Positions 19,180 to 28,332 of a DNA stretch of 64,000 nt are shown in pieces; within the stretch, counting starts at the first letter, position 1, and every line of letters starts with the position of its first letter. The DNA lies in assembly GCA_035498405.1 (NCBI GenBank), contig DATKAE010000032.1, positions 35,195 to 99,194 on the forward strand, in the 5' to 3' direction. The notes under the pieces are model-generated. The model made no database searches, was not told the origin of the DNA, and worked only from the letters and a program-made list of their open reading frames with translations. The translations under genes and the position numbers were made by a program. The stretch is from Thermoanaerobaculia bacterium. Its GTDB lineage: Bacteria; Acidobacteriota; Thermoanaerobaculia; UBA5066; Gp7-AA6.

Positions 19180-20346
19180 CTAGTTGCTGCCGCCCCCGAG
19201 AAAAAGCTCGGCCGTGATCGCGAACGTCAGCTCCGGCGAGCCGAGAAAGTTGCTCAGGCCCCCGCCGAAGTCGCCGTCCCGTTTGACCGCCAGCGTGCGC
19301 GAGGGTCCGCCATGCGTGTCGACTAGGGTCATCGTCTCATTGCCCCAGGCCATTCGGAGGGAGGCCCGAACCCGCAGCCTTTCGGCGAAGGCGTGCCGAT
19401 ACGACAGGTCCCAGAAGATCTCCTTCACACTCGAGTCTGGCCGAAACCCGGCGTCGTACGCGACCGACTCCGTGCCCAGGACGGCCAACGGCGAGAAGGG
19501 AAGCTCTTCGCGGTCGTAGGTCATTGCGAGAACCAGGTCGTTTCGAGGCCAGGAGTAGCCGACCGACCACCGGAGGGCCGCCAGGGAAGCATCCGCCTTC
19601 AGCTGATTCTGTTGGAAGTCCGGCAAGGAGGCCTGCTGAACGCTGAGGGAGCCGGCCACCCGCTCGGCGTGCAGGACGAGCGTCCACCGATCGCGGCGCC
19701 AACGGGCCTCGAGCTCCGCGCCGAAGAGATTTCCCGATCCGTCGTTGGAGGATCCGGCCTCGTCGACGCCGCCTCTCGCGTTGACGTAACGGAAGGCCGC
19801 GGAGGCCTCGAAGTTCGGCCAGCGATGCCTCCAACCCGCCGCGAAGTCGAGCCGCTCGGCGCTGATGGTGCGCTGCTCGCTGATCGAGTGATCCGAGAGG
19901 CCGACGTTGACCGTGTCCGTGGCAATGTCGTCTCGCCTCTCGATGGCGACTTCGACCGAGTCGCGCTGCCCGATGGGAATCCGTCCGATCCCCGCGAAGT
20001 TCTCGTAGCGGCCCGTTCCCGTGGCCGTGATCTGCGGATTGTCGGTATTCGCGCGCCGCGCCTGCTCGTCGTGGGAGGGAGCGAGGGCCAGAAGGACCTG
20101 CCATTGCCACGCGGGCGTTCCGGCTCCGAGATCCCCCGCGGGCTGGCGATTGTTTCCCATCCCGACGAGGACGAACTTGGGCGTGACGTCCGAAACGTCC
20201 TTTTGGGCGGTGGCCGAATCGTACTTCCGAGCCAGAGTGGAGTAGGAGAAGCCCAGCTCCCCCGCGAGGCCCGGGCGCAAGGGCATGTCCACGCCGAAAA
20301 GCACGCTCGCGCAGTAAACGCAGGCACCGATGAGCTCGATTCCCAT
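19180..20346 (-). CDS. putative outer-membrane beta-barrel protein, paralog 1 (uncharacterised family)
   Basis: 388 aa from an internal ATG. C-terminal two-thirds is built of alternating amphipathic beta-strand-like segments (WTLVLHAERV, LRWSVGYSW, LVLAMTYD, LRVRASLRMAW, LTFAITAELF). N-terminus MGIELIGACVYCASVLFGV is a paralog of the next gene. Confidence 0.5.
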   Translation of the reverse strand: MGIELIGACVYCASVLFGVDMPLRPGLAGELGFSYSTLARKYDSATAQKDVSDVTPKFVLVGMGNNRQPAGDLGAGTPAWQWQVLLALAPSHDEQARRANTDNPQITATGTGRYENFAGIGRIPIGQRDSVEVAIERRDDIATDTVNVGLSDHSISEQRTISAERLDFAAGWRHRWPNFEASAAFRYVNARGGVDEAGSSNDGSGNLFGAELEARWRRDRWTLVLHAERVAGSLSVQQASLPDFQQNQLKADASLAALRWSVGYSWPRNDLVLAMTYDREELPFSPLAVLGTESVAYDAGFRPDSSVKEIFWDLSYRHAFAERLRVRASLRMAWGNETMTLVDTHGGPSRTLAVKRDGDFGGGLSNFLGSPELTFAITAELFLGGGSN

Positions 20347-20401
20347 CTCGATCTGCCTCCTCTGCCGCGGAAAAAAGGGGACGCAATCTCGTTCGAGCGG
20401 G

Positions 20402-21574
20402 TCAGTGTCCTCCGCCGATCGCGAAATCGGCGCCGACGTAGAGAGTGAACTCGGGAAACCCCAGGTTCTCGGAGAAGCCGCCGCCGAATCGGCCGCGCCG
20501 GTCGACATCCAGGGTGATCGGGGGCCGGTCGCCCAGCGCGTCCGTCAGCGTCACCTTCTCGTGCCCCGTCGCCATGCGCATGCCGATGCGGGCGCGGATC
20601 GAGGGCGTAAACGTGTATCGGACCGTCAGGTCGCCATAGAACTCGCGGTTGTTCGAGTCCGGATGGTATCCGCCGTCGAACGCCACCGTCTCGACACCGA
20701 GCACGGCCAGCGATACGAACGGGAGCCGCTGGCGGTCGAAGGTGGCCGTCAGGAAGAGGTCCGTCCGCGGCCAGGAGTACCCGAGCCCGAACCGGAGGGC
20801 CTGGAGCGTGGCGTTCTGAGAGGATTTGCGCGCCTGGAAGGCCGGAAAGCTCTCCTCGAGCACGTCGATCGAGCCCGTGAGCCACTGGAAATCGAGCGTC
20901 GTCGTCCAGCCCCCCGTCCGATATCGGCCCTCGAGTCCGCCTCCGAAGATCCCACCCGAGCTATTCATGTAGGCGCCGGCGGTCGCGTTATAGCCGGTCA
21001 CCTTGGCGTACTGAACTCTGGCCGCCACTTCCAGATCCTTCCAGCGCTGCCGCCAGCCCAGGGCTCCGTCCGCCCGCTCGGCGGTCAGGTTGCGCTGCTC
21101 GCTGATCTGATGTTCTTGTCCACCGATGTTGAGCAGGTCGGTCGCCTTCTCGGTTCGGCGATCGAGGACCGCTTCGAGAGAGCCCTGGCCTCCGATCGGA
21201 AAGCGCCCGAGCAGCGCGAAGTTCTCGTAGCGTCCCGTACCGTCCGTCTCGATCGGCTCCTGCGTCGAGGTGGCCGTACGGATCTGGTTGTCGTGGGAGG
21301 GCGCGAGGGCGACGCGCACCCGCCACTCGAAGGCCGGGGTTCCGGCACCGAGTCCGACGGGAGGGGGCCGTGCTTCGCCCACGCCGACGAGGAGGAACTT
21401 GGGCGTGACCTCGGAGATATCGGCGCTCTCGCCGGAGTTCGCCGGCGGGAGAAGACGGTCCAGTGTCGCGTAAGAGAAGCCGATCTCGGTCCCTAGGCCA
21501 TTTCGCGGGGGAAGCTCCGCACCGAGCAGGTATGGGGCGCAGAAGATGCAGGCGCTGACGAGATCGATCCCCAT
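20402..21574 (-). CDS. putative outer-membrane beta-barrel protein, paralog 2 (tandem duplicate of 19180..20346)
   Basis: 390 aa. Collinear with paralog 1 across shared blocks: MGIDLVSACIFCA, TPKF.LVG.G, LAPSHD, GTGRYENFA, ISEQR, beta-strand-rich C-terminus ending FAIGGGH. An in-frame stop 3 codons upstream fixes the ATG start. Confidence 0.5.
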   Translation of the reverse strand: MGIDLVSACIFCAPYLLGAELPPRNGLGTEIGFSYATLDRLLPPANSGESADISEVTPKFLLVGVGEARPPPVGLGAGTPAFEWRVRVALAPSHDNQIRTATSTQEPIETDGTGRYENFALLGRFPIGGQGSLEAVLDRRTEKATDLLNIGGQEHQISEQRNLTAERADGALGWRQRWKDLEVAARVQYAKVTGYNATAGAYMNSSGGIFGGGLEGRYRTGGWTTTLDFQWLTGSIDVLEESFPAFQARKSSQNATLQALRFGLGYSWPRTDLFLTATFDRQRLPFVSLAVLGVETVAFDGGYHPDSNNREFYGDLTVRYTFTPSIRARIGMRMATGHEKVTLTDALGDRPPITLDVDRRGRFGGGFSENLGFPEFTLYVGADFAIGGGH

Positions 21575-21580
21575 GCGGAG

Positions 21581-22363
21581 TCAGCGTCCGGTGAAGCGGG
21601 GGGCGCGCTTTTCCAGGAACGCCGTCATGCCTTCCTTCATGTCCTCGGTTGCCGCGCAGAGGCCGAAGAGCGTCGCCTCCAGCACGAGCCCCTCGGCGGT
21701 CGGGACCTCGATGCCCCGGCGGATCGCCTCCATCGCATACCGGCAGGCGGCCGGCCCGTTGGCGGCGATCTTTCGCGCGAGCTCCTTGGCTCCTGCGAGC
21801 GCTTGACCGGCCGGAACCACGCGGTTCACGAGCCCGATGCGGTGCGCCTCCGAGGCCGTCACGCCTTTCTCGGCCGTGAGAATCAGCTCCATCGCGCGCG
21901 CCACGCCAACCAGCCGCGCGAGGCGCTGGGTTCCGCCGTAACCCGGAAGGATTCCCAGTGAGGTTTCCGGCAGGCCCATCTTCGCGTTCTCGGAAGCGAC
22001 TCGCAGGCAGCAGGCCAGCGCGAGCTCGAGCCCCCCGCCATAGGCATAGCCGTTGATCGCCGCAATCGTGGGGACACTCATATCCGCGAGCCGATCGAGC
22101 ACGGCTTGCCCGCGCAGAGCGTGCTCGCGGCCCTGGACCGGCGTCAGTTTCGCGAGCTCGCCGATGTCGGCGCCCGCGATGAAGGCCTTTTCCCCGGCGC
22201 CGGTGACCACGAGACAACGCAGGGACGGGTCCTCGGCCGCCTCGGCGAACGCCTCGTCTAAGGCCGCGATGACCTCCGCATTCAAGGCGTTCAGCTTCTC
22301 GGGACGATCCACCGTGACCGTGCGAACTCCCTCCTCCGTCTCGATTCTGACGTTCGGGCTCAT
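21581..22363 (-). CDS. crt: enoyl-CoA hydratase / 3-hydroxybutyryl-CoA dehydratase (crotonase)
   Basis: Crotonase-fold motifs: VVTGAGEKAFIAGADI, AAINGYAYGGGLELALACCLRVA, MGLPETSLGILPGYGGTQRL. Confidence 0.85.
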   Translation of the reverse strand: MSPNVRIETEEGVRTVTVDRPEKLNALNAEVIAALDEAFAEAAEDPSLRCLVVTGAGEKAFIAGADIGELAKLTPVQGREHALRGQAVLDRLADMSVPTIAAINGYAYGGGLELALACCLRVASENAKMGLPETSLGILPGYGGTQRLARLVGVARAMELILTAEKGVTASEAHRIGLVNRVVPAGQALAGAKELARKIAANGPAACRYAMEAIRRGIEVPTAEGLVLEATLFGLCAATEDMKEGMTAFLEKRAPRFTGR

Positions 22364-23220
22364 GCCTTCTCCCCGTATTCGTAGAAGCCGCGGCCCGACT
22401 TTCGACCGTGCCGTCCGGCCAAGACCATGCGCTTCAAGAGCGGCGGCGGGGCGAAGCGCTTCTCCCGATACTCGTTGAACATGATCTCGGCGATCGCGTA
22501 GGTGGTGTCGAGCCCGACGAAGTCGAGCAGTTTCAGCGGACCCATCGGGTGGCCGCAGCCGAGCTCCATGCCGCGGTCGATGTCCTCCTTCGTCCCGACA
22601 CCCTCCTCGAGCGCCCTCACGGCGTCGAGCAGGTAGGGAACCAGAAGGCGGTTCACGATGAATCCCGAGTTGTCGCCGGCGCGGATCGGCTCCTTGCCGA
22701 GGGCGCGCGCGAAGTCGGCGACCGAATCGACGGTTTCGTCGGACGTCGCGATCGTTCGGACGACTTCCACCAGCTTCATGACGGGGACGGGATTGAAGAA
22801 GTGAAGTCCCGCGAAACGTTCCGGCCGTTTCGTGGCGGCGGAGAGCTCCGTGATGGTGAGCGAGGACGTGTTGGAGCAGAAGATCGTCTCCGGCTTGCAG
22901 AGCCGGTCGAGCTCCGCGAAAGTCTTCTTCTTGACGTCGAGATTCTCGACGATGGCCTCGATGACGATCTCGCAGTCGGAAAGATCGCCGAGCGTGGTTG
23001 TGGGCGTGACCCGTCTCCGAATCGCCTCCGCTTCTTCGGAGGTCATCTTCTTGCGCTCGACGGCGCGGGAGAGCGAAGCGTCGATGCGCCCCATCCCCTT
23101 GGAGGCGAGATCCTCCGAGACTTCACGAACCGCCGTCGGAAACCCGGCGCGCGCCGCGACCTCGGCGATCCCGGAGCCCATCAGGCCCGCTCCCAACACT
23201 CCGACCTTATGAATCTTCAT
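22360..23220 (-). CDS. hbd: 3-hydroxybutyryl-CoA dehydrogenase
   Basis: N-terminal Rossmann motif KVGVLGAGLMGSGIA; 3HCDH signature NTSSL, GLHFFNPVPVMKLVEV; C-terminal domain GMELGCGHPMGPLKLLDFVGLD. ATGA overlap with crt. Confidence 0.85.
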   Translation of the reverse strand: MKIHKVGVLGAGLMGSGIAEVAARAGFPTAVREVSEDLASKGMGRIDASLSRAVERKKMTSEEAEAIRRRVTPTTTLGDLSDCEIVIEAIVENLDVKKKTFAELDRLCKPETIFCSNTSSLTITELSAATKRPERFAGLHFFNPVPVMKLVEVVRTIATSDETVDSVADFARALGKEPIRAGDNSGFIVNRLLVPYLLDAVRALEEGVGTKEDIDRGMELGCGHPMGPLKLLDFVGLDTTYAIAEIMFNEYREKRFAPPPLLKRMVLAGRHGRKSGRGFYEYGEKA

Positions 23221-23500
23221 CGCTCGGCGGCTCCTCCTCGTCTTGGCCTCGCCCCGTCTGCCCCGGTGGCGACCCCGCGCCGCAGAACCGCTCGAGCGTC
23301 AGATCGCGGGAGAAGCCGGGGCCCGCCAGTGCCTGAAGGGGCGTATTCGGGGCAACGATAATCCAGCGATTGCCGATCCAGTGCGCGAGCGTCTCCCGGA
23401 CCAGGGAACCGTCGTTCAGGATGGCCAGAACGCCGTTCAAGTCGGCAGACCCGTGTGCGCGCAGGTCCTGGAGGAAGTCGGCCACCGCCGCCGCGCGCAC
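23207..23500 (-). CDS. small ORF of unknown function between thiolase and hbd (possible gene remnant)
   Basis: 97-codon ORF with a GTG start and GC-rich third positions, but no recognisable SD sequence. It ends in an acidic low-complexity tail overlapping the hbd start by 14 nt. It is the only open frame in the 325-nt thl-hbd spacer. Confidence 0.25.
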   Translation of the reverse strand: MRAAAVADFLQDLRAHGSADLNGVLAILNDGSLVRETLAHWIGNRWIIVAPNTPLQALAGPGFSRDLTLERFCGAGSPPGQTGRGQDEEEPPSDEDS

Positions 23501-23545
23501 GGGAAAGGAGAGGATCCGCTCCGTCCAGTTCAGCGGGCGCTCCGC

Positions 23546-24727
23546 TTACGATGGGGACTCGATGACGACGGCGATCCCCTGGCCGCCTCCGATGCAGGCT
23601 CCGGCCAGGCCGTAGCGCAACCTCCGGCGCCGCAGCTCCTTGGCGAGCGTCAGGGTGCATCGCGTACCGCTCGCTGCGAGGGGATGTCCCAAAGCGATCG
23701 CGCCGCCGTTGACGTTGAGCTTGTCGCGGTCGATCCCGAGCTCTCGCACGACCCCCAGGATCTGACCCGCAAAGGCTTCGTTGATCTCCCAGAGGTCAAT
23801 CTGGTCTATCTTGATCCCCGCCCGTTCGAGCGCCGCTCGGGCCGCCGGTGCGGGTCCCAGGCCCATCAGCTCCGGATCGCAGCCCACGACGGCCCAGGAG
23901 ACGAGCCGACACAGAGGATCGGCGCCCCGCGTCCGGGCGCGCGCCGCTGATGTCACGACGACAGCCGCCGCGCCATCGACGATACCGGAGGCGTTTCCCG
24001 CCGTGACCTGGCCGTCTTTGCCGAAGGACGGAGGCAGAAGGGCCAGCGCCTCGAGCGTCGTCTCCGGGCGGAGGTGGTCGTCCTTCGCGACAACCACGAT
24101 CTTGCGGCCCGAGCGAACCTCGACGGGCACGACCTCCTCCGACAACCGGCAGGAATCCCAGGCGGCCGCCGCCCGGCGCTGGGAGGAAAGCGCGTACTCG
24201 TCCTGCTCCTCCCGCGTGATGCCGTATTTCTTGGCCACGCGATCGGAGGTTTGCGCCATGTAGAGCCCCGTGTAGGAGTCGAGCAGGGCGACCATCAGCG
24301 AGTCCTCGAGCTGCCCTTGCCCCAGCCGGAAGCCCTTGCGGGCACCCCGGATCACGTGAGGCGCCTGCGACATGTTCTCCATGCCTCCCGCCAAGACCGT
24401 CTGCGCCTCTCCGAGCAAGATCCGATGCGCGCCCTGCACGATCGACTCGAAGCCCGACCCGCAGAGGCGGTTGACGGTCAGGGCCGGAACTTCCTTCGGA
24501 ACACCGCTCTTCAAGGCCACGTGTCGAGCCCCGTAGATCGCATCGCCGGAGGTCTGCAGGGCATTTCCGAAGATGACGTGGTCGATCTCGGCCGGCTCCG
24601 TGCCGCTTCGGTCCAGGGCCGCCTTGGACGCGTGAACTCCGAGATCGATTGCGGAGACCTCGGAGAAGGCCCCGTTGTAGTCGGCCATCGGCGTCCGAGC
24701 GCCGTCCAACAGCACGATGTCTTCCAT
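23546..24727 (-). CDS. acetyl-CoA acetyltransferase (thiolase II)
   Basis: 393 aa from internal ATG (MEDIVLLDGARTPM...). Thiolase signatures: NRLCGSG, GGMENMS, NVNGGAIALGHPLAASG, CIGGGQG. Confidence 0.85.
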   Translation of the reverse strand: MEDIVLLDGARTPMADYNGAFSEVSAIDLGVHASKAALDRSGTEPAEIDHVIFGNALQTSGDAIYGARHVALKSGVPKEVPALTVNRLCGSGFESIVQGAHRILLGEAQTVLAGGMENMSQAPHVIRGARKGFRLGQGQLEDSLMVALLDSYTGLYMAQTSDRVAKKYGITREEQDEYALSSQRRAAAAWDSCRLSEEVVPVEVRSGRKIVVVAKDDHLRPETTLEALALLPPSFGKDGQVTAGNASGIVDGAAAVVVTSAARARTRGADPLCRLVSWAVVGCDPELMGLGPAPAARAALERAGIKIDQIDLWEINEAFAGQILGVVRELGIDRDKLNVNGGAIALGHPLAASGTRCTLTLAKELRRRRLRYGLAGACIGGGQGIAVVIESPS

Positions 24728-24806
24728 GAGTCCGCGAACTATAGCAGCTTGAACCCGCGGGAATAGGCCTTGGGGGCTCGGAAGCGGAGGGCAACCCACC
24801 GAAGGA

Positions 24807-25856
24807 TCACGCTTCTCGATCCAGGACCGCGCGGTGAAACCGTCGTCGCACGTCGTTGAAGTTCACGTCTTTCGCCTCGGGATGGATCCGGTTGGTCAGG
24901 AGCACGAAGACCCGGTCGCGCCCGGGATCGATCCATACCGAGGTTCCCGTGAATCCCGTGTGCCCGAAGGCCGACTCGGAAAACTCGGGCACCGCCGAGC
25001 CCGCTCCGCGGCGTCCCTGCCAGGAGAGCCCCCGGGCTTCGGCCAGATCGGGCGTACGATCCGCCGTCCAAGCCGCTGCGGACGGATCGAGCCAGCCACG
25101 CGACAGTTTCCAGACTTCCTTCGCCGTGGCGAAGAGGCCGGCGTGCCCGGCCACACCCCCGCGGCGCAGGGCGTTTCCGTCGTGGACCTCCCCTCGGACC
25201 ACACCCTCCCGGAAGCCTCCGTACGACAGTCCGAGCGCAGAAGTCTTGCTTCGCTCGACCCGGTCGCCTTTCTCGGTCGCGGCGCAGCCCTTCGGGGAGG
25301 GCGGCAGGAACCGCGATTCCGAACCTGCCGGTGCGGCCACGAGCCCCGCGAAGCAGCGGTCGAGCGGGGCGGAGAAGAAGACTTCCAGAACCTCACCGAT
25401 GGCGAGAAAACCGAGGTCGCTGTAGATGACCGCCGAACCGGGCGCCGTCCGCGGCTCGATCTCCGAGAGGGTGCGGCGATAGGCACTGCGACCTTCGCCC
25501 CGCACATAGACTGGGTACCAGTCCGGGAGCCCGGAGGTATGCGTCAGGAGCATCTCCAGGGTGATTCCGTCGTAACGCGTCTTCTTCCACTCCGGCAGAT
25601 ACCGTCCGGGGACATCGGCCAGCGACAGCCCCCGCCCAACCGCGAGCCGAACCAGCGCCCCCGTGACGAGTGGCTTGGTCAGGCTGGCCAGGTCGAAACG
25701 GGTGTCGGCCTCGAGCGGCGTGCGCGCCGGCTCCACGGCGGCGAACCCCGCGAGGGCTTCCTCGCGGATCGAGCCCGCCGATCCGATGAGCGCGGCGGCT
25801 CCCGGAAACGATCCCGCAGCGATCTCATCCTGCAGAAAGCTCGCGAGCCCGGTCAC
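24807..25856 (-). CDS. serine hydrolase, beta-lactamase/PBP-like esterase family
   Basis: S-x-x-K motif (ASLTK), YSD and HTG-type motifs (GHTGFTG). GTG start overlaps the upstream lipoprotein stop (GTGA). Confidence 0.7.
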   Translation of the reverse strand: MTGLASFLQDEIAAGSFPGAAALIGSAGSIREEALAGFAAVEPARTPLEADTRFDLASLTKPLVTGALVRLAVGRGLSLADVPGRYLPEWKKTRYDGITLEMLLTHTSGLPDWYPVYVRGEGRSAYRRTLSEIEPRTAPGSAVIYSDLGFLAIGEVLEVFFSAPLDRCFAGLVAAPAGSESRFLPPSPKGCAATEKGDRVERSKTSALGLSYGGFREGVVRGEVHDGNALRRGGVAGHAGLFATAKEVWKLSRGWLDPSAAAWTADRTPDLAEARGLSWQGRRGAGSAVPEFSESAFGHTGFTGTSVWIDPGRDRVFVLLTNRIHPEAKDVNFNDVRRRFHRAVLDREA

Positions 25857-26410
25857 GGCGCCAGTGCTTCGAGCTCCGCCCGGCGGCCCGCGATCTTTCG
25901 CATGTTGGTCAGGAGGGCCTGCGAGGGCGTCTCCTCCTGGCGCACCGTGACTCGCTCGCGCTCGAGCGCCGCGATCTGCTCGTCGAGAACCCGGAAATCG
26001 GCGGGATCTCTGGTCTTCACTCGAGCGTTCTTGAGCGAGGTCAGCGCCTTCGCGGAGACCTCGGCGGACGCCTCCCGGACGCGCTTCTCATCGAGGGCGA
26101 CCAGCACTTCGACGACGCGGGCCCGCGTCCACGCGATCTCCTCCGGAGCAATCCCCAGCGCCCGCGCCGTCTCCGCATCCGTTCGGCCCTTGGCCGCCCG
26201 GCGCACGCGGATGAACTGATCGACCTGCTGGTCCGTGACCAGACCGTCGGCGGGCGGCCGGAATGGGGGTCCGAGCCGCCGCGCGGCTTCCCGAAGGGCG
26301 TCGCCGGCCCTTCGCGGGGTCATCGGCGCATCGGACCGATTGCACCCGGCGGCAAGCGTCAGGACCGCGGCCAACGCCGTCCAGCCCCCCGCGCCTGGCC
26401 ACTTGCTCAC
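25853..26410 (-). CDS. lipoprotein of unknown function
   Basis: GTG start gives signal peptide (M)SKWPGAGGWTALAAVLTLAAGC with a lipobox. The mature part is helical and charged. Hand-indexing of the printed text disagreed with the track by 1 nt here, so coordinates are by track offset. Confidence 0.55.
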   Translation of the reverse strand: MSKWPGAGGWTALAAVLTLAAGCNRSDAPMTPRRAGDALREAARRLGPPFRPPADGLVTDQQVDQFIRVRRAAKGRTDAETARALGIAPEEIAWTRARVVEVLVALDEKRVREASAEVSAKALTSLKNARVKTRDPADFRVLDEQIAALERERVTVRQEETPSQALLTNMRKIAGRRAELEALAP

Positions 26411-26550
26411 GAGGCCGAGTTTAGACCGGCTTGGGGCGGGCCGGGGCGTTGGACGCCGGCAAACTGCCGAGCCCAAACGAGTTGCCTGCTCGACGGCCGC
26501 CGGTTACTCGGTCCGAGGCCGGCTCGATCGTTTAAACTGATCGCGTCGCC

Positions 26551-28332
26551 ATGCTCGAGAAAATCGGCAAGTACGAGGTCTCCGAGCAGATCGGCGTGGG
26601 CGGCTTCGGCGCCGTCTATCGCGGCCGGGATCCGTTCATCAAGCGCACCGTCGCCATCAAGACCTGTTCCATCGACGACGAGGAGATCAAGAGCCGTTTC
26701 TTCCGGGAGGCGGAGCTCGCGGGCAACCTCCACCACCGCCACATCACGACGATCTATGACTTCGGCGTCGAAAACGGCATCCCTTATATCGTCCAGGAGT
26801 TCCTGACCGGCGAGGACCTCGACAAGAAAATCAAGCGGGGCGAGGCGATGCCCGCCGTTCGCAAGGTGGAGATCCTCATGGCCATCGCCGAGGGTCTTCA
26901 CTACGCCCACGAGGCTCAGATCATTCACCGCGACATCAAGCCGGCCAACGTTCGTGTCCTCGAGGACGGAACCGTCAAGCTCATGGACTTCGGAATCGCC
27001 AAGTCGCTGTTGTCGGACTCACACTTGACCCAGACGGGCATCACGCTGGGCACCTCGGCATATCTCGCTCCCGAGCAGATCCGCGGAGAGGCGGTGGATC
27101 GCCGGACGGACATCTTCGCCCTCGGCGTGCTCGCCTACGAGCTGCTCACCTACCGAAAGCCGTTCCGGGGAGAGCACCTGTCGACCGTGCTCTACCGGAT
27201 CTTGAACGAGCAGCCGGAGCCGATCGAATCGATCGCGCCCGACGTGCCTCCCGCGCTTGCGGCCGTGGTCCGCCGGGCCATGGAGAAATCCGCGGACAAG
27301 CGCTACCCGTCCATGCAGGAGATGCTGCGCGACCTCCACGCCCTGTACAAGGAGCTGACCGGCGCCTCCGCGCGTTACTCGACGATCGCGAAGATGACCT
27401 CGGCCGAACCGCCCGACTCGGAAGCGACGGTGGCCACACCGGCTCGCGGCACGGCAACGATTCACATCACGCCTCCCTCCGGCGCCCTCGCCCGGGTCCC
27501 CGCGGCGGAGCCGACGCGGCCGACTCCCCCGCCTCCGCCCGCTGCCCGCCCGGGCGGTGGTCTCGAGCTCGTCAACTTTCGAGACTCCTCCGAGGCTGCC
27601 GCTCCGGCCGCCCGACCGGCGGCGGCCGCCCCCGAAGGATCGCGGCGGCTGACTCTCCTGGCCGCGGCGGCTGTCGTCCTGTTACTGGCAGGGGCCGCGG
27701 GCTGGTACCTCTCGCGTGGGCGCGCCGCCGAACCGAGACCCCTGGTCGCCGTGCCGAAGCCTGCGGCGCCGACCGTTGCGCCTGCGGCGGAATTGCCCAA
27801 ACCCGAGCTCGGTGTGGACGCTCGGCCGGCCGCTCCGACGGCTCCCCCCGCGGAGCCGACTCCGGTGCCCAAGCCGGCGGCCCCCAAGCGCTTTGCCGTC
27901 CAGTTCTCCTCGATCCCGACGGCGACGCTCTACGTGGACGACCGTCTGATCGGTCCGTCCCTGCCGGCTCGACGCGTGGAGCTCGACGAAGGAACCCACA
28001 AGTATCGTTTCGAGGCTCCCGGCTTTCCCGCTTACGAACACACCGTTCGGGTCGGAGACAGCGGTGCTCCGCCGATCGCCTATCAGTTTCCGGTGGGCTC
28101 GCTCGCCTTGCAGACCGACCCGAGCTGGATTGGCGCCTCGATCATCGTCGACGGGAAGTACAAGGCCACGGTGCAGTCGGCTTCCGAGCAGGTACGGTTG
28201 GCGCCGGGACATCACCGCGTCATCCTTCTGCGCGAAGGATTCAAGCCCGCAAATCGCGAGGTCGAGATCGAGAAGGGCGACGAGGTGAGCTGGGCCCCGT
28301 CTCCCGCCGTGCCGCTCGAAACGGGAGGCTAG
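26551..28332 (+). CDS. Hanks-type Ser/Thr protein kinase with Pro/Ala-rich linker, one TM segment and C-terminal PEGA-like domains
   Basis: Kinase subdomains: GVGGFGAVYRG, AIK, HRDIKPANV, DFGIA, APE. TM LTLLAAAAVVLLLAGAAGW follows a P/A-rich linker. Two PEGA-like modules follow (FSSIPTATLYVDDRLIG..., ALQTDPSWIGASIIVDGKYK...). Confidence 0.85.
   Translation: MLEKIGKYEVSEQIGVGGFGAVYRGRDPFIKRTVAIKTCSIDDEEIKSRFFREAELAGNLHHRHITTIYDFGVENGIPYIVQEFLTGEDLDKKIKRGEAMPAVRKVEILMAIAEGLHYAHEAQIIHRDIKPANVRVLEDGTVKLMDFGIAKSLLSDSHLTQTGITLGTSAYLAPEQIRGEAVDRRTDIFALGVLAYELLTYRKPFRGEHLSTVLYRILNEQPEPIESIAPDVPPALAAVVRRAMEKSADKRYPSMQEMLRDLHALYKELTGASARYSTIAKMTSAEPPDSEATVATPARGTATIHITPPSGALARVPAAEPTRPTPPPPPAARPGGGLELVNFRDSSEAAAPAARPAAAAPEGSRRLTLLAAAAVVLLLAGAAGWYLSRGRAAEPRPLVAVPKPAAPTVAPAAELPKPELGVDARPAAPTAPPAEPTPVPKPAAPKRFAVQFSSIPTATLYVDDRLIGPSLPARRVELDEGTHKYRFEAPGFPAYEHTVRVGDSGAPPIAYQFPVGSLALQTDPSWIGASIIVDGKYKATVQSASEQVRLAPGHHRVILLREGFKPANREVEIEKGDEVSWAPSPAVPLETGG

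Noticed and set aside
26399-26411. Apparent frameshift or stop in the lipoprotein gene when hand-translating the printed sequence
   Set aside because: Hand indexing differed from the ORF track by 1 nt at this spot and inconsistently at 26551 and 28332. Earlier positions checked exactly, so this is attributed to my character counting rather than a real lesion. Track translation is used.
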